Assembly: GCA_040437565.1 (NCBI GenBank)
Contig: JBDOQK010000013.1
Span: 124,001 to 188,000 of the forward strand
Origin: Albugo candida
Taxonomy: Eukaryota
Direction of reading: 5' to 3'
Length of the DNA: 64,000 nt
Every line of letters begins with the position of its first letter. Position 1 is the stretch's first letter. The notes beneath the pieces were generated by a model. It was not told the origin of the DNA, did not search any database, and saw nothing but the letters and a program-made list of their open reading frames with translations. This document shows, in pieces, positions 24,416 through 37,358 of the stretch. The position numbers and the translations under genes are program-made.

Positions 24416-27400
24416 ATGGATAAGTACGACTGTGAATCTACCCCTTCACAGTCACCTATCGAAGAGTCCCAACTCTCATCGATGCAATCAAACCCTGCAT
24501 CCATATCAGCATCTACTCTGCAGCTACATTCTAGTCACAATCGAGTACCAATATTTCAGATCAGGTACCCATCAAGCGGTACTTGTACATTTACCAATTC
24601 ACCCGACCTGCACACATCCCATGCCCTACACCTGGATCATCAAAATCAAAACAAAAACGTATCTCCAACAAACGAGGACGAAATATTTCCTTTGTTGGAG
24701 CAACATTCTGCGATCGTGAAACCCGATGCACGTTCTTTCCCTCCTACCGGAAAAGCACCTCCATTAGGTCCCGCAAGGTTCTGTCTCAAAAACCAAAATA
24801 AAAAGGCTCGAGTATTTCCACTCATTTTTTTTCTTCCAGGATGTCGGAAGCTTTTTCATGCTATCAGCTGCAGCAGACACCGACCGAGAAAACGAAAGAC
24901 GATGACGCCGATGCGGATGCTTCTATCCATGATTCAAGCGTGCGATCTCCAAGTGAGATCGATGGATACAAAATGGAGCACACTTTGGATTGGTTCAATA
25001 ATATCGAATTACAGCTCTTTTTTCTGCTTTGTTTTCTCCTCGCAATTATCACAACGATTGCGTACGCACACGAAAGCAATCGCATTTCATTAGGAATATT
25101 ATGTGGATGTGTGTTGACACTATTTTCATGTGTCACGGTCTTGGCAACATTCCTCGCAATCCCAACATGGCGAAAGCATCCGAATCCTATTTTAGTGTAT
25201 CGAAGTCTATGTGATACTTGTCTGGCAGTCATCGTGGTCAGCACGGAGCTTTATGAATGCACAATGCCGCGATGTAATCGGATCATGTCGGTGTCAATGT
25301 GTATCACAACTGCCGGACTCACACAGTTCTTTTTATGGGCTTCCGAAAGCTGGTTTCTGGTTATGGCTATCGATATGGTGTACTCCTTTGAGAGCCCATT
25401 CACAGATTACAAGCGGAATATGAGACGGTATCACGTCTACGTGTGGTGTACAGGTCGGTACTCGGTACTGCTTCCATATCAGATAGCGCGAAATTGATTT
25501 TCTGTTGGGTAGCGTGTATCACGTCAGTGATCTTGCTACTCATATCGAATTATGCTGGATCCTCCAGCTACAGCTTCTGTTCGGTGAATCAAACGAACAA
25601 CGATCACAAAATTTTGGGCATAACGGAGCTTTGGATCACGAATTCAACGTAAGCGATTTATTTTGGGTATTACACACTGAATCAGGCAATGTAGCTCATG
25701 GATCGTTTTCAATGTGTGGTTGGTGCTTTATTGGATCTACGCAGTCATGTACGTGCGATAAGAGCCTGTGGATCTACTGGGACTAAGTCGATTGAAAAGA
25801 AAGTGTGCTGTACATCGCATGGAAACGATATCGATCGGGGTTCTCAGAGACGCTGGGAATGCGAATTCGTGTATTACAGTCCGTCACAATGTAAGGCACT
25901 ACTCGATATGCCCCAAATCCCTTTTCCACCTTACGAATTACGTGCTCGTAGCTCTGTGATTGCGATCGTGGTCTATTGGGGAATTACATTCCTGACCTTC
26001 GTCCCGTATTTGAGCCAAAAACATCCGCAGAATTGGATCGTGGAGCTGATCAATTATATGATCACATGCAAAGGATACTTTGATGTTGTCGTGTGGCTTC
26101 AAATGAATAAATTCGTATCGTGTCGATTGAAAGATAAGCGCTCCAAAGTGAATGTGGATGTGGATCTAAGTCCTCAAGTCAATATGGCGCTCCGACGAGA
26201 AGTTTTGTACTTTACGACCACAGGAATTATTCAGGCGGTTCATGACACCAAACATCTTCCCACCGGTGCGAATCAGCAAGAGATTTACCTCCAGCCTCCG
26301 TGCGAGCACGCACGAGAATCACTTCAAGTCGATGAGTTTTTGGTCCAAACACAGCCGAAAAGCGGTTTGGATAAAGGAACGCTATTCATCGATTATTGTC
26401 CCCACACGTTTGCCAAAATCCGACAGCATTTCCAAGTGAATGATGAGGAATATATTTCCAGCTTGAGCAAAACCACCAAGGTATGTGTATTTGGTGTTGG
26501 AGCTGCAATCTGACGGATTCTGTCTCAGGAGCGATTAAGTGAAGGAGCAAGTGGAGCATTCATGTTTTTCTCGCACGATCAACAACTAATTGTCAAAAGT
26601 ATGAGCAATGAAGAGTCCAATTTTCTACGATCTATCGCACTGCGATATGCGACGTATTTGACGACACATCCGGAGACTCTTCTCGTCCGATTCTTCGGAT
26701 GTCATGCGATTCGATTATACGGCAATACATTTCATTTCGTAGTAATGACCAATTTATTCAACACAGCTCAAGGCGTGCATCAGCGTTATGATCTCAAGGG
26801 ATCGTTTGTGAACCGAAGCGCCAAGCATCCAACACTTGGCGAACGAGTAACTTGTCGGCTTTGTAATGCAAAGTATATCTATCCTGCAATCAAAATGGAA
26901 GCGTGTGCGGCAGGCGTCGGCAAACATGAGCCGAATATCATCTTCAAAGATAATGACTTTAGAACCGCGGTTCGCTTGGACCGTCACGTGGCTCGAGAGC
27001 TGTATCATCAGTTGGTATTGGACGCTCACTTTTTACACGAACTAGGAATTATGGATTACTCGCTATTGATGGGAGTTCATAATGTCGAGTATACAGTCAA
27101 AGCAGCGAATGAAATTCGGTCGGGCCGCAGTCGGCGTAAAAGTCGAAGGCAAACTCGAAGTCGAAGTCGAAGTCGAAGCTGTCCGCAAAGAGTGCCAGGA
27201 ATGAGATGTGCTACGAAAGTGGTGGGTCCCGCACTGTATTACTTTGGATTGATAGATATTCTGCAAACATGGACGACCGGAAAAAAAGTCGAGCGCTTCT
27301 TAAAAGTGCGTGTTCTGAGGAGAGATGGCGATGGAATTTCAGCTGTTCCACCGGATGCGTATTGCGAGCGATTTAAGAGGAAAATGGCTGAGATTCTCAA

Positions 27401-27452
27401 TGTACCTTTGAATGAAAATGGAGAGCCTGAACCATTGGAGCAAGGAACGTAA
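24416..27452 (+). CDS. GPCR-PIP kinase fusion (GK family)
   Basis: 7TM region (WRKHPNPILVYRSLCD, QFFLWASESWFLVMAID, YHVYVW), LRx9GI linker LRREVLYFTTTGI and PIPK motifs (LSEGASGAFMFFS, VKSM, YDLKGS, KDNDF, MDYSLLMG, GLIDILQ). Intron 24778-24839 joins the upstream ORF in frame. Confidence 0.93.
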
Positions 27453-27697
27453 ACGAGAAGCAAAAAGGACTTTGGAAATTGAGTTTTAAAAGTTCGAGTT
27501 GTGCACCTGTATGTTGTAATAACCTGATGTAAGTAATACATGACGCGGATTAGCGGAATGATATAATAAATGAGTTTGATTGGCTGTTGTTAGGATTCCT
27601 TACGCTCGCTATATGCCGCCGCATTGAGTGTCGATCTCGCCGGTAATTGGCATTAAAAAGCGATCGAAAAGGATCGAAAAGGAAGAGAAAAATCACT

Positions 27698-28993
27698 ATG
27701 GCACCAACGGAGACTCGTCGATCTATTCGATGGAAATTGGACTCACCGAACAAGTCGGAAGAGAACAAGTATACGCACAAAAGCTCCAATTATTTACGCG
27801 ATAAAATGTATCGTCGAAAAGGTTTTGAAGAAGTCGACCAAAAGTTTGAGCGATTGAATCATTTAGAAATGCAATTGAGATCTCTCCGAAAAGAGCAACA
27901 GGAATCAATAGAAGAACGTAACGATACATTGATGCCGCTTCACCCTGAAAACGACGCACACGAGAACGCTGAAACAATTGATCGAATACGGCGGCTTGGA
28001 GACCATGGGGCGCACAATTCAGATTCATTATTGGGAAAAGATAACTTGCAACCACACTCTTTCATGACAAATATTTTTGAAAATTTGAAAACGATCAAAT
28101 GGGACGCTCTTCGTAGTCGAATGGCTGGTTTAAATTGGACGACAGTTTATTCCCTGCCTCCATGGACACTTCGTTTAATTGCATTGATCGCTTGTATGGG
28201 ATTTCCGGGTATCTGTATCGAAGTATATCTGGAGCAAACCTCAAAAACATCATTATTGAGCGTATTCTCATCGCCTCATCGTCAAGCAATGATTAAGAGA
28301 ATGGAGAGTCTAAGTCAAAAAGTGAGAAATTTGAAAATCGTCACGTCAAAAATGCAAACACAATCGGTACGAATTTTTGAAGATGCAAAAAATCATTTAA
28401 TTAGAATGAAAAGTGACCGAGAGCAATATCAGCAAGCTATCAAGCTCCAGATGCAAGAGCTTCGTCGGTATATGTTGGAAATGCAGCAAGTTGTTCAATC
28501 GGAGAATTACCATGTGAATGTGACCAACAACGTGAATGATACAATAGTCAAAGTGAACGTACGCAACGCTCCACCATCAAATCATTCTGAGAAGCGAAAC
28601 GCGTTTGTGTCAAGGAATATTTCAGCACTACACACAGCTGCTGATCATACTTCCCAACTCGCGTCTGATAATGGATTCATTTCATCCGCTTTTTTATGGA
28701 AGTTTTTGGCCGTATTTCTCACCATTTTTGTAGTTGGTGGCGGGGTTGCCCTTCGAGTTCGTTACCTTATCAATCGCCGTAATGTACGAGCTCGTCAGTA
28801 TCGACTAAGACGACAATCAAAATCTAGTCAACGCAAAGTGAAAACATCCTCTCATAGATCTGATGCCGCTATTGGGCACTTCGCACGACCTCCCCATGAA
28901 GGAAACAACGAAAGGTATGATTCAGAGTATTCGCGTGGAACAGCACATACAATAGATCGCAACCCGCTTCCTCGGGTCTCCGCTCAGGTATGA
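27698..28993 (+). CDS. Hypothetical two-TM coiled-coil protein
   Basis: Long intronless ORF: basic N-terminus, TM (LIALIACMGFPGICIEVYL), coiled coil, TM (FLAVFLTIFVVGGGVAL) and basic tail. A CCAAT box lies at 27577. Confidence 0.65.
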   Translation: MAPTETRRSIRWKLDSPNKSEENKYTHKSSNYLRDKMYRRKGFEEVDQKFERLNHLEMQLRSLRKEQQESIEERNDTLMPLHPENDAHENAETIDRIRRLGDHGAHNSDSLLGKDNLQPHSFMTNIFENLKTIKWDALRSRMAGLNWTTVYSLPPWTLRLIALIACMGFPGICIEVYLEQTSKTSLLSVFSSPHRQAMIKRMESLSQKVRNLKIVTSKMQTQSVRIFEDAKNHLIRMKSDREQYQQAIKLQMQELRRYMLEMQQVVQSENYHVNVTNNVNDTIVKVNVRNAPPSNHSEKRNAFVSRNISALHTAADHTSQLASDNGFISSAFLWKFLAVFLTIFVVGGGVALRVRYLINRRNVRARQYRLRRQSKSSQRKVKTSSHRSDAAIGHFARPPHEGNNERYDSEYSRGTAHTIDRNPLPRVSAQV

Positions 28994-29294
28994 AACAAAG
29001 CGCGGTGATCAACACGACTAATTCTATTTATGTAGCGGTTCTCATTCGCCGATCGATATGAATCGTGGACGCCAGCGCGTTTGCGTCGTCGAGCTTCGAT
29101 CTCACAAAGATAAACACGACAGTCGGAGGTTGAGATTGAACCCGGTACCAACGTACATGTTGCAGTATTTGATAAATCACATAACAAAGATAGCCAGCAG
29201 TCGCGTCTAATGTTGTTGCAATGTCGTACAATTGGTACACGGGTGTAACCGTGCTGACCGTTATGTTAATGTTGTACGAAAGTACAAAACGAAT

Positions 29295-30625
29295 ATGAGC
29301 GCTTCGGAATGCGTGCAATCGAATTGCACCTCAAAGCACAAAAAAAAGCGCGTATTGGTCGCTGGTGGCGCTGGTTTCATTGGTCTGCACCTCTGTAAAC
29401 GACTGCTCGACATAGGAGACGAAGTGATTTGCGTCGATAATTTCTTTACGAGTCAGCGTCACACCGCAANNNNNNNNNNNNNNNNNNNNNNNNNNNNNNN
29501 NNNNNNNNNNNNNNNNNNNNNNNNNNNNNNNNNNNNNNNNNNNNNNNNNNNNNNNNNNNNNNNNNNNNNATTGCACCTCAAAGCACAAAAAAAAGCGCGT
29601 ATTGGTCGCTGGTGGCGCTGGTTTCATTGGTCTGCACCTCTGTAAACGATTGCTCGACATAGGAGACGAAGTGATTTGCGTCGATAATTTCTTTACGAGT
29701 CAGCGTCACACCGCAATTCAACTGATCCAACATTATCCGAACTTTGAGCTCATACGCCACGACATCACCGAACCTATCCGCTGCGAAGTCGATGAGATAT
29801 ACAACTTGGCGTGTCCCGCGTCACCCGTTCATTATCAGTATAATCCGATCAAAACGACAAAAGTGAGCTTTTTGGGTGCGCTCCACTTACTCGGACTTGC
29901 CAAGCGATTGCGTGCAAAGATGTTTCAGGCGTCGACAAGTGAAGTGTATGGTGATCCAGAGATCTCTCCTCAGACAGAAGCTTACGTCGGCCATGTGGAT
30001 TGCACCGGCGTTCGAGCGTGTTATGACGAAGGAAAACGCGTCGCTGAAACATTGTGCTTTGAGTATTACCGACAACACGGAGTACAAGTTCGAGTAGGTC
30101 GCATCTTCAATACGTATGGGCCCGGAATGCATCCATATGATGGAAGAGTGGTCAGCAATTTCATCATGCAAGCTCTGAATGGAGAAGATATAACAGTATA
30201 CGGCGATGGGAGTCAGACAAGATCATTTTGCTACATCGAAGATCTAGTCGATGGAATTCTCCGGTTCATGGATTCTTCCATCATCGGTCCATTAAATCTT
30301 GGCAATTCATATGAGATGACCATTGTAGATCTTGCACAGCTAGTTGTACGACTCACAAATTCACCCAGTTGCATCGTTTTTCGTCCGCTGCCGAAGCACG
30401 ACCCCAAACGACGACGACCTGACCTTACCCAAGCTCGGTACGTTGTTTTCGCATGAATTTCTGACGATTGTAACCTTTTTGATGCAAAGTGCCGTGCTCA
30501 ATTGGACTCCAAGTGTTGAAATTGAGGAAGGCTTGATAAAAACAATTCAATATTTTCGAAATTTGGATCTGACGCAGTACACGCGACCGACAAATAAACA
30601 TAGTATAAGCAAACAGCAAAAGTAG
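29295..30625 (+). CDS. UXS1: UDP-glucuronate decarboxylase (UDP-xylose synthase)
   Basis: [57 protein letters not shown] and GRVVSNF. The 5' part is duplicated across the gap. Confidence 0.95.
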
Positions 30626-30747
30626 TGTTGGAGAGAGTTCATTCGACCATTTTATATGTGAGATAAACAACTGACAAACTGATTTGTACGAATGTTCTAT
30701 ACGGTTGAGCGCATTTGATTTTGTGCTCTAGCCTGGTTGTTGCTCAA

Positions 30748-31905
30748 TTACTTTGCGTCGACACTGTTTCCATGTGCTAGACGACGAATTCCCGATACTC
30801 CTCTTCCTGTTCCAATTTGGGCACCTGGGAGTCTGATCAGCACAATACTCATATTGTCATGACTTGTATCAAACCACTGTTAGCTCTGCTTGACTCAAAC
30901 CAATCCAGCAAATATCACCTTTCTAGCTTGAGGCATGCATCCAGAATTTCTTCGGCAATCAGTCCCATATCATGCTCGCCTTGACTCAACAAGTCCCGCA
31001 CGAGCTGGCAGATCCCATCGTTGTTCATGACGTCCCAAATCCCATCACAAGCGAGAATCAAAAACTCTTCGGTCCCATCTCGCAGCTCTATTTTGAAATC
31101 AGCTTCAGCTGAAACTTGCTGTTCTTCTGCGGGCAATTCCGCACACTTCTTATATGCGAAATCGCCGAGGCTTCGCGAGACCTATTACTCAGCAAACATT
31201 ACCACGGAGTCGGTATGAGGAGTAAAGCGTACTGCGAGGTCTCCATTGACGCGATTGTGGCGAACAAAACCTCCCGCCCTTCTGATTCGATTCCACTCGT
31301 TCTCCTGCGTATATAAAACGGAAGTTCAACACAAGGTTGCAGCAATATCGTACTTGAGCGGGTTTGTGATCAAAAGACATGGGTACCGTCTTCCCATTTT
31401 TGGCCAATACACTTCGAGAATCACCTTACAAAAGTAGCGTCAATGGAATTCGGTAGAGATACGATATCGTACCGACGTTGGCTACAATTATGTGCGTGGC
31501 GGTAATGATGGCCGAAATTGATGTACTGCCACATGTTTGTGGTACATGCGATTCCCCCATGATTTGTGTGTCTAACACTAAATAAGCTTCTCGCATACTT
31601 GCACCAATCGCATGCGGGCACAAGTCGCCAGGGGTATCGAAAACTTTGTTCTTGAGCAGTGTTTGATGCATGACAGCAGTCAGCTTTTGTGCCGCGAGTG
31701 CCGACACTTCTTTACCGCCATGACCGTCACATACTGCAAAGATTGAGACTTCAGATGGGAAATTCATTGGACTAATGGAGGCGATGTGTGTGTCTTCCAT
31801 ATGCTTTCGCCATCCTTGCATGGCGGAGATTCCATACACTAAACCATTGCCTTCTCCGGTGCGTGTTTCTTTATCGGTGATTGGAGCAGGTAGCAAGTTC
31901 CCCAT
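30748..31905 (-). CDS. Protein phosphatase 2C (PPM1A-like)
   Basis: MGNLL N-terminus (possible myristoylation site), SAMQGWRKHMEDTH, VCDGHGG, ANVGDSR, DHKP, SRSLGDF, LACDGIWDV and DNMS. Confidence 0.94.
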
Positions 31906-32083
31906 ATTTATTGATATCTATAATGAGTCCCAAGAACAATAGCAAAGGATTTTGTCCAATCATATAGACGCCTGCTGTTTCAACGCTTTTGACCCTAATG
32001 ACGAATCATTTGAAGATATTTTATTGCATTCGGACTATTGCTTAGGTGGCACTTTGGCAGCCTCTACATCGACTGTATCGTAC

Positions 32084-34515
32084 ATGAGATGGCTTTTAGT
32101 GATGGACTTTATGCAAGGATATTTTTCTTCCAAGATTCCGCAAAGGTGCTCGCATGCAGCTTGCATGTTGGGTGCCCAGGAAGTTGAAGTACAATGGTTA
32201 GAGCGGCATCGGGACTTGCATACGTGCTTATAAACGATTCTCATGTGTTCACTTCATTAAGGCATGTCCACTTGAATGACGTGCTCCACACCATTTCAAC
32301 ATGCTTGGTCTTGCGCAAAGAAGTTGTGTGCTCCAGCAGCGACATGCATCACGCTTCAGATCGGTGCACACTGCATCTTTTATCACCAGATCAAGTTCAT
32401 GGCGTTTGGTGTCTCGTACCATGCCATCCATCAAATCGTACTCGATTCTAGGAAAATTATTTGGACTCGGCGAGTATAAAGTTAGCCATGAAAATGCATT
32501 CCATGGGAGTGCTGCTTACGCTTTAGCAACCATTGAGGTATCGTAGAATAGTCTCATCTCCCATGCTACGCATTTCTCACTTCATTCCTCCAGTATGTCG
32601 CTATGAACGCGCATCCTAAAATATCCTTTTCCAAGGTACAACCACATAGTACACAATACGATTTATCCTTTACCGATGTCAGACGATGGAAACTCGACCC
32701 GACTTCATTATGGGCCATTTACTGCTTGCAACCAGCCAAACGTTTGCGCCATTGCATATTCAGGATATAATGGATGCCAGAAAGCGACTTGTCATCAGCA
32801 CAGAGCTGTTACGTGAGGATCGTGCGTAAGAAACAGCTGCTTTAGTGATGACTTCGATAAGGATACCTCCTCATATGACAGAAGAGACCAGTATAAGCGA
32901 GCGATTGCACGTTGGGGCCTTAGAAGCCACGCTGGATGGAAAACTTCAAGAGGCTGCGGCTCTATACGAATCAATCCTTGCTCATGATCCAATAGATCTA
33001 TTGGCTCTTCGGTGTTGCTACGATGTATATCTGAAGCTGGGGTGAGAAATTCAAAGGGATAAACAAATTCGTACCGACAATATTGATGGGTGTAGAGATG
33101 GACATAATGTACTTGGCACAATCGCAAGACGAGTTCCATTTTGGTCTCCCAAGATCCCAGGTTATTCCTGCTTTGAACATAAAATTATGCTCCGCTAATA
33201 ATTTTTGTAGGGTATAGCCTGCTTTTGTCGATGCAAGCGTTTGGATTACATATTTGTGGAAAAATGGACGAGGCTGAAAAAATGGCGGAGAAAGCTTTGG
33301 CTTTGAATGGAAATGACCGTTGGGCATGTATGATGAATACTGAAAGCAACTTTCACTTATTCGTTTTGACATTATCTTGCAAGTCTTTACACTATTACAG
33401 GTCTTGGAGACACGTGGTAATCCTAATCATGGTGCTAGCTTTGCGTTACAACACAGAGAACTTTTTGACACAGAAGGGCACATCCAAGGACGTCTCTATT
33501 TTCATTGGGCTTTATACTTATTTGGGCTTGGGCGATATGACCACATCCTGAGAATGATTCAAAATGATATGATACCTTCGTCACAAACCACATCGTATTC
33601 GCCACAAACTTTGCGTTATGTAACGCAATTGTATTGGCGCCTCAAATTTGCCGATGAAAATGTGACGCAGCTCCATTCGCAATTGACTAAGGCTTGGCTG
33701 TCGACGCTGAATCAATTCACCGACAAAGAATGGCGCCTTCTCTCGCCACTGGATCGCATTCATTGTCACGTAAGTCGTCTCTACGATCAAACTTATCTAA
33801 TTCTTTTTGTCAGAGTATTTGCAGCAAGGAGAGCAACCATGAACACTTGGATTTTACTCATTTTCATCAAATCGATACTTTCGCACTGGAAGAAAAGTTT
33901 GGAGTGAAAATTCAGCCATTCAGCTTCTCAATGCCTTCCGGTGATCCTCAACAACATGTTTGATTTGAATAACGATCCTGTTTGTAATAGACGCTCAAGT
34001 GCTCACGCAATTGACGCAGGAAGTATGCCTGGCCTTTGAGGACTATAATCACGTACGCTCTCGATTGCCACACTAAATGCGGTCACTTTAACATGCATTT
34101 GAAGCAAAAATATGATGAAGCTACTAGACGACTATTACGTTTTCGTGGCCGATTTCATCATCTTGGAGAGTCAAATGCTGAAAACGATCTTTTCGATTTG
34201 CTGTTAATGGATTCGTATGTATCACTGTTGAATCGGAATCAAATTCATATATCTGATTTCGATTTGCAGTGCGAGTCGTGGATCAGATCTCTCACTCGCT
34301 CGGCTTTTGGTGAATGAACGGTACTCGTGTTGACTGACAGATTTCTGTATCGTATCGCTAATTACGATGCTAGTATTTGCTGCAAATCGCAAAACGCGCA
34401 AGAATGGAAAACTTCATCTCGCGTGTTTAAATCGATGGGCGATGAAGCGAGTGTAAGGGATGCGGAGAGCATGAGTTACGTTCTTGGCTTAGGGCAGCAA
34501 GGAAATACAATGTAG
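32084..34515 (+). CDS. TTC38-like tetratricopeptide repeat protein (multi-exon)
   Basis: YESILAHDPIDLLALR, AFGLHICGKMDEAEKMAEKALALNGNDRWA, YFHWALY and LGESNAENDLF resemble TTC38 motifs. The 5' exons are uncertain. Confidence 0.7.
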
Positions 34516-34623
34516 AAAATGTAAAGGGAGTTTATTTGCTTAATCGAGCAAGTTGGATCTCATTGTTATCCTAAATAGTGTACCACACAGACGGCACACA
34601 AAGATTGTACCGTGTAATAGAAC

Positions 34624-35430
34624 ATGGGAAACGATGGCGGTGTTATCGCAGTCAAGCGCAAGTTTATGCGTCACGCTCAAGGAGAAAAAAAGCAAGAGAA
34701 AGCAGAACAAGAACTAGTTCGTCGGCAGAAAATACAGCATTGTGCGCTTTCAGAAGAGCCACTGCGTGAGCCGATTGTCGCCTGCAGATTAGGAAATCTC
34801 TACAACAAGCAAGTGCTACTGGAGCATTTACTGGCACGAACGATACCAGATCAATTTCAACATATCAAATCACTTCGAGACGTGGTTTCTTGTAATTTCA
34901 GTCAGAAAGACAATGTGAAAAGCGATCAGATCGACACAAAGAAACAAGCTTTTTACCACTGTCCGATCTCAATGGTGGAATTCAACGGATGTCACCAGTT
35001 TGTCGTTTTGGAGTCGTGTGGCTGTATTATTTCTGCAAAAGCCTGGAAAGAGTTGCGTTCCAAAGAATGCTTAGTTTGTGGCACACAACTCACTAAAGTA
35101 AAAACCATTCCATTGTTTCTATCAGGCGAAGAATACAAAGCAAAACAACAGCAGCTTTTGAATCAGAGAGCGAAGAAGGACAAAAGGGCTCATTGTGGAA
35201 AAGAAACAGCTCACAATGAGTTGAAACAAATCAAAAAACGCAAATTGGAGAGCGATGAAGTCAGACAAAAAATTGCTTCGCGATCAATTACAAACAACGT
35301 AACGGATTTTGTCAAGAACGAGAAAATCAAAAACGCCGTATTCGCTTCATTATTCAAAAGCGGCCAAGAGAAGAAAAACCCAAATGATTTAATGATGACA
35401 GTCGGCGGTATGCGCTATACTTTATCCTAA
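34624..35430 (+). CDS. RTF2: Replication termination factor 2 (Rtf2 RING)
   Basis: MGNDGG N-terminus, CALSEEPL..IVACRLGNLYNK, HIKSLRDV, CPIS..FNG..F..CGC and CLVCG. Confidence 0.93.
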   Translation: MGNDGGVIAVKRKFMRHAQGEKKQEKAEQELVRRQKIQHCALSEEPLREPIVACRLGNLYNKQVLLEHLLARTIPDQFQHIKSLRDVVSCNFSQKDNVKSDQIDTKKQAFYHCPISMVEFNGCHQFVVLESCGCIISAKAWKELRSKECLVCGTQLTKVKTIPLFLSGEEYKAKQQQLLNQRAKKDKRAHCGKETAHNELKQIKKRKLESDEVRQKIASRSITNNVTDFVKNEKIKNAVFASLFKSGQEKKNPNDLMMTVGGMRYTLS

Positions 35431-35519
35431 TATCTAGGTGGTCCACACTATACCAGTGTCTTACGCTTGTATTGTCCGCAAGCGCAGTGTTCTGCCGATC
35501 TTATCTTTGTATCGTACAC

Positions 35520-37289
35520 ATGCGAGTGATTGATAAAATAAACGAATGTATTTCCAAGGACCAAGTTTTCTTTTCATTCGAATTCTTTCCGCCAAAAACC
35601 GCTGCTGGCGTACAAAATCTGTACAAACGTATCGATCGATTGGGCCAATTGGGTCCGCTCTTCTGCGATGTCACGTGGGGCGCAGGCGGATCGCAGCAGG
35701 GATCAACCATTGAGATCAGTTCCAATGCACAAAAGATGGGAATGGATATCCTCATGCATCTCACATGCGTCAATTTGACGTCTGAGGGCGCCATAGCTGC
35801 GCTGGATGCAGCAAGAAAAGCTGGAATTCAGAATATTTTGGTGCTTCGTGGTGATCCTGTGCGTGGTGCTTCAAGCTTCACAGAATGTGACAAAGGTTTT
35901 TCTCACGCAATTGATTTGATTCGATTTATCAGAAAAATGTATGGCGATGTATTTTGCATCGGAGTCGCCGCACATCCAGAAGGCCATCTTCATGGTGTAG
36001 ATAAGCATCAGGAACTTGTGTATCTCAAAGAGAAAGTGGATACGGGTGCCGATTTCATCATCACACAGCTCTTCTACGATGTCGCTATTTACAAAGAATT
36101 CGTAATTGAATGTCGTCAGATCGGTGTGACTTGTCCAATCATTCCTGGCGTCATGCCAATTCAGACGTATGGTGGCTTTGTTCGTATGACATCTTTTTGT
36201 GAGACGCGTGTTCCAGATGAGATAAAGACTACACTCGAGCCAATCAAGGATAATGATGAAGCAGTGAAGGAATACGGAATACGACTTGGGGTTGATATGT
36301 GTCGAAACCTATTGGAAGATGGTGCACCGGGGCTCCACTTTTACACGCTCAATCTAGAGCGTGCGGTACGAGCTATTTTGTCCGAGCTGGAACTTGTGAA
36401 AATGAGTCCAGTTCGTGAGCTTCCGTGGCATTCGACATGTTGTATAAAACGTGCCGGGGAAAATATCCGTCCAATTTACTGGTCAAATCGTCCAGAAAGC
36501 TACGTAGCTCGTACAGCATTATGGGATGAGTATCCGAATGGACGCTGGGGAAATTGTGAGAGTCCAGCTTTTGGCGATTTGAGTGATTCTCCTTATGTCA
36601 CAGCAAACCTCTCTGCCTTTGAACGAAGAGAAATGTGGGGTCAAGCGCCAACATCCACAGATAATATCACGCAGACTTTTGTGGCATATGTTCGTGGAGA
36701 CATCAAGTCTCTTCCTTGGTGTAACACTCCTCTCCATTTGGAAACACAAAGCATTCGGGAACAGCTGATCTCGATCAACAAAAATGGATATTGGACACTC
36801 AATAGTCAGCCAAAGGTGAATGGAGCGCCCTCCAAAGATCCAGTATTTGGGTGGGGCGGTGACCATGGATATGTCTACCAAAAAGCTTATATCGAATGCT
36901 TTACGTCGCCTCAACAGCTAAGAAAGCTTATGGATCGAGCTTCTGAGATCAATTCGATTCAGTACTACGCTATCGACTCAAAAGGGAATTCATACTCAAA
37001 TGCTGAGAACTCTGTGATTGCTGTGACTTGGGGTGTATTTCGAGATAAAGAGATTTTACAACCGACTATAATGGATCGCGCTAGTTTTATTGCTTGGAAA
37101 GACGAAGCGTTTTCTTTGTGGAATTCTATGTGGGGTAGCTTGTATGAAAAGGAAAGCGAGTCGCAGAAGCTAATCCGTGCCATTCATGATTCCTACTTTC
37201 TGGTCAGCATCGTCGAAAATGACTTTGTTCATGGAGATATTTGGGCGCTTTTTAGCGACGGATTAAACGAATTGAAAAGCGATAATTAG
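35520..37289 (+). CDS. MTHFR: Methylenetetrahydrofolate reductase (eukaryotic, with C-terminal regulatory domain)
   Basis: FSFEFFPPKT, DVTWGAGG, MHLTC, LRGDP, ITQLFYD, HFYTLNLE, WDEYPNGRWG, NSQPKVNG and AVTWGVF. Confidence 0.97.
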   Translation: MRVIDKINECISKDQVFFSFEFFPPKTAAGVQNLYKRIDRLGQLGPLFCDVTWGAGGSQQGSTIEISSNAQKMGMDILMHLTCVNLTSEGAIAALDAARKAGIQNILVLRGDPVRGASSFTECDKGFSHAIDLIRFIRKMYGDVFCIGVAAHPEGHLHGVDKHQELVYLKEKVDTGADFIITQLFYDVAIYKEFVIECRQIGVTCPIIPGVMPIQTYGGFVRMTSFCETRVPDEIKTTLEPIKDNDEAVKEYGIRLGVDMCRNLLEDGAPGLHFYTLNLERAVRAILSELELVKMSPVRELPWHSTCCIKRAGENIRPIYWSNRPESYVARTALWDEYPNGRWGNCESPAFGDLSDSPYVTANLSAFERREMWGQAPTSTDNITQTFVAYVRGDIKSLPWCNTPLHLETQSIREQLISINKNGYWTLNSQPKVNGAPSKDPVFGWGGDHGYVYQKAYIECFTSPQQLRKLMDRASEINSIQYYAIDSKGNSYSNAENSVIAVTWGVFRDKEILQPTIMDRASFIAWKDEAFSLWNSMWGSLYEKESESQKLIRAIHDSYFLVSIVENDFVHGDIWALFSDGLNELKSDN

Positions 37290-37358
37290 CAAATCAGAAA
37301 AGAGTATATCCTTAATAGACCAATCAGCAAGTAGTACTTGAGAGTGTTTAAAGGGTAC

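Noticed and set aside
29321..29717. Two UXS 5' ends
   Set aside because: Overlap across a gap with a single synonymous C/T difference, best explained as two alleles rather than paralogues.
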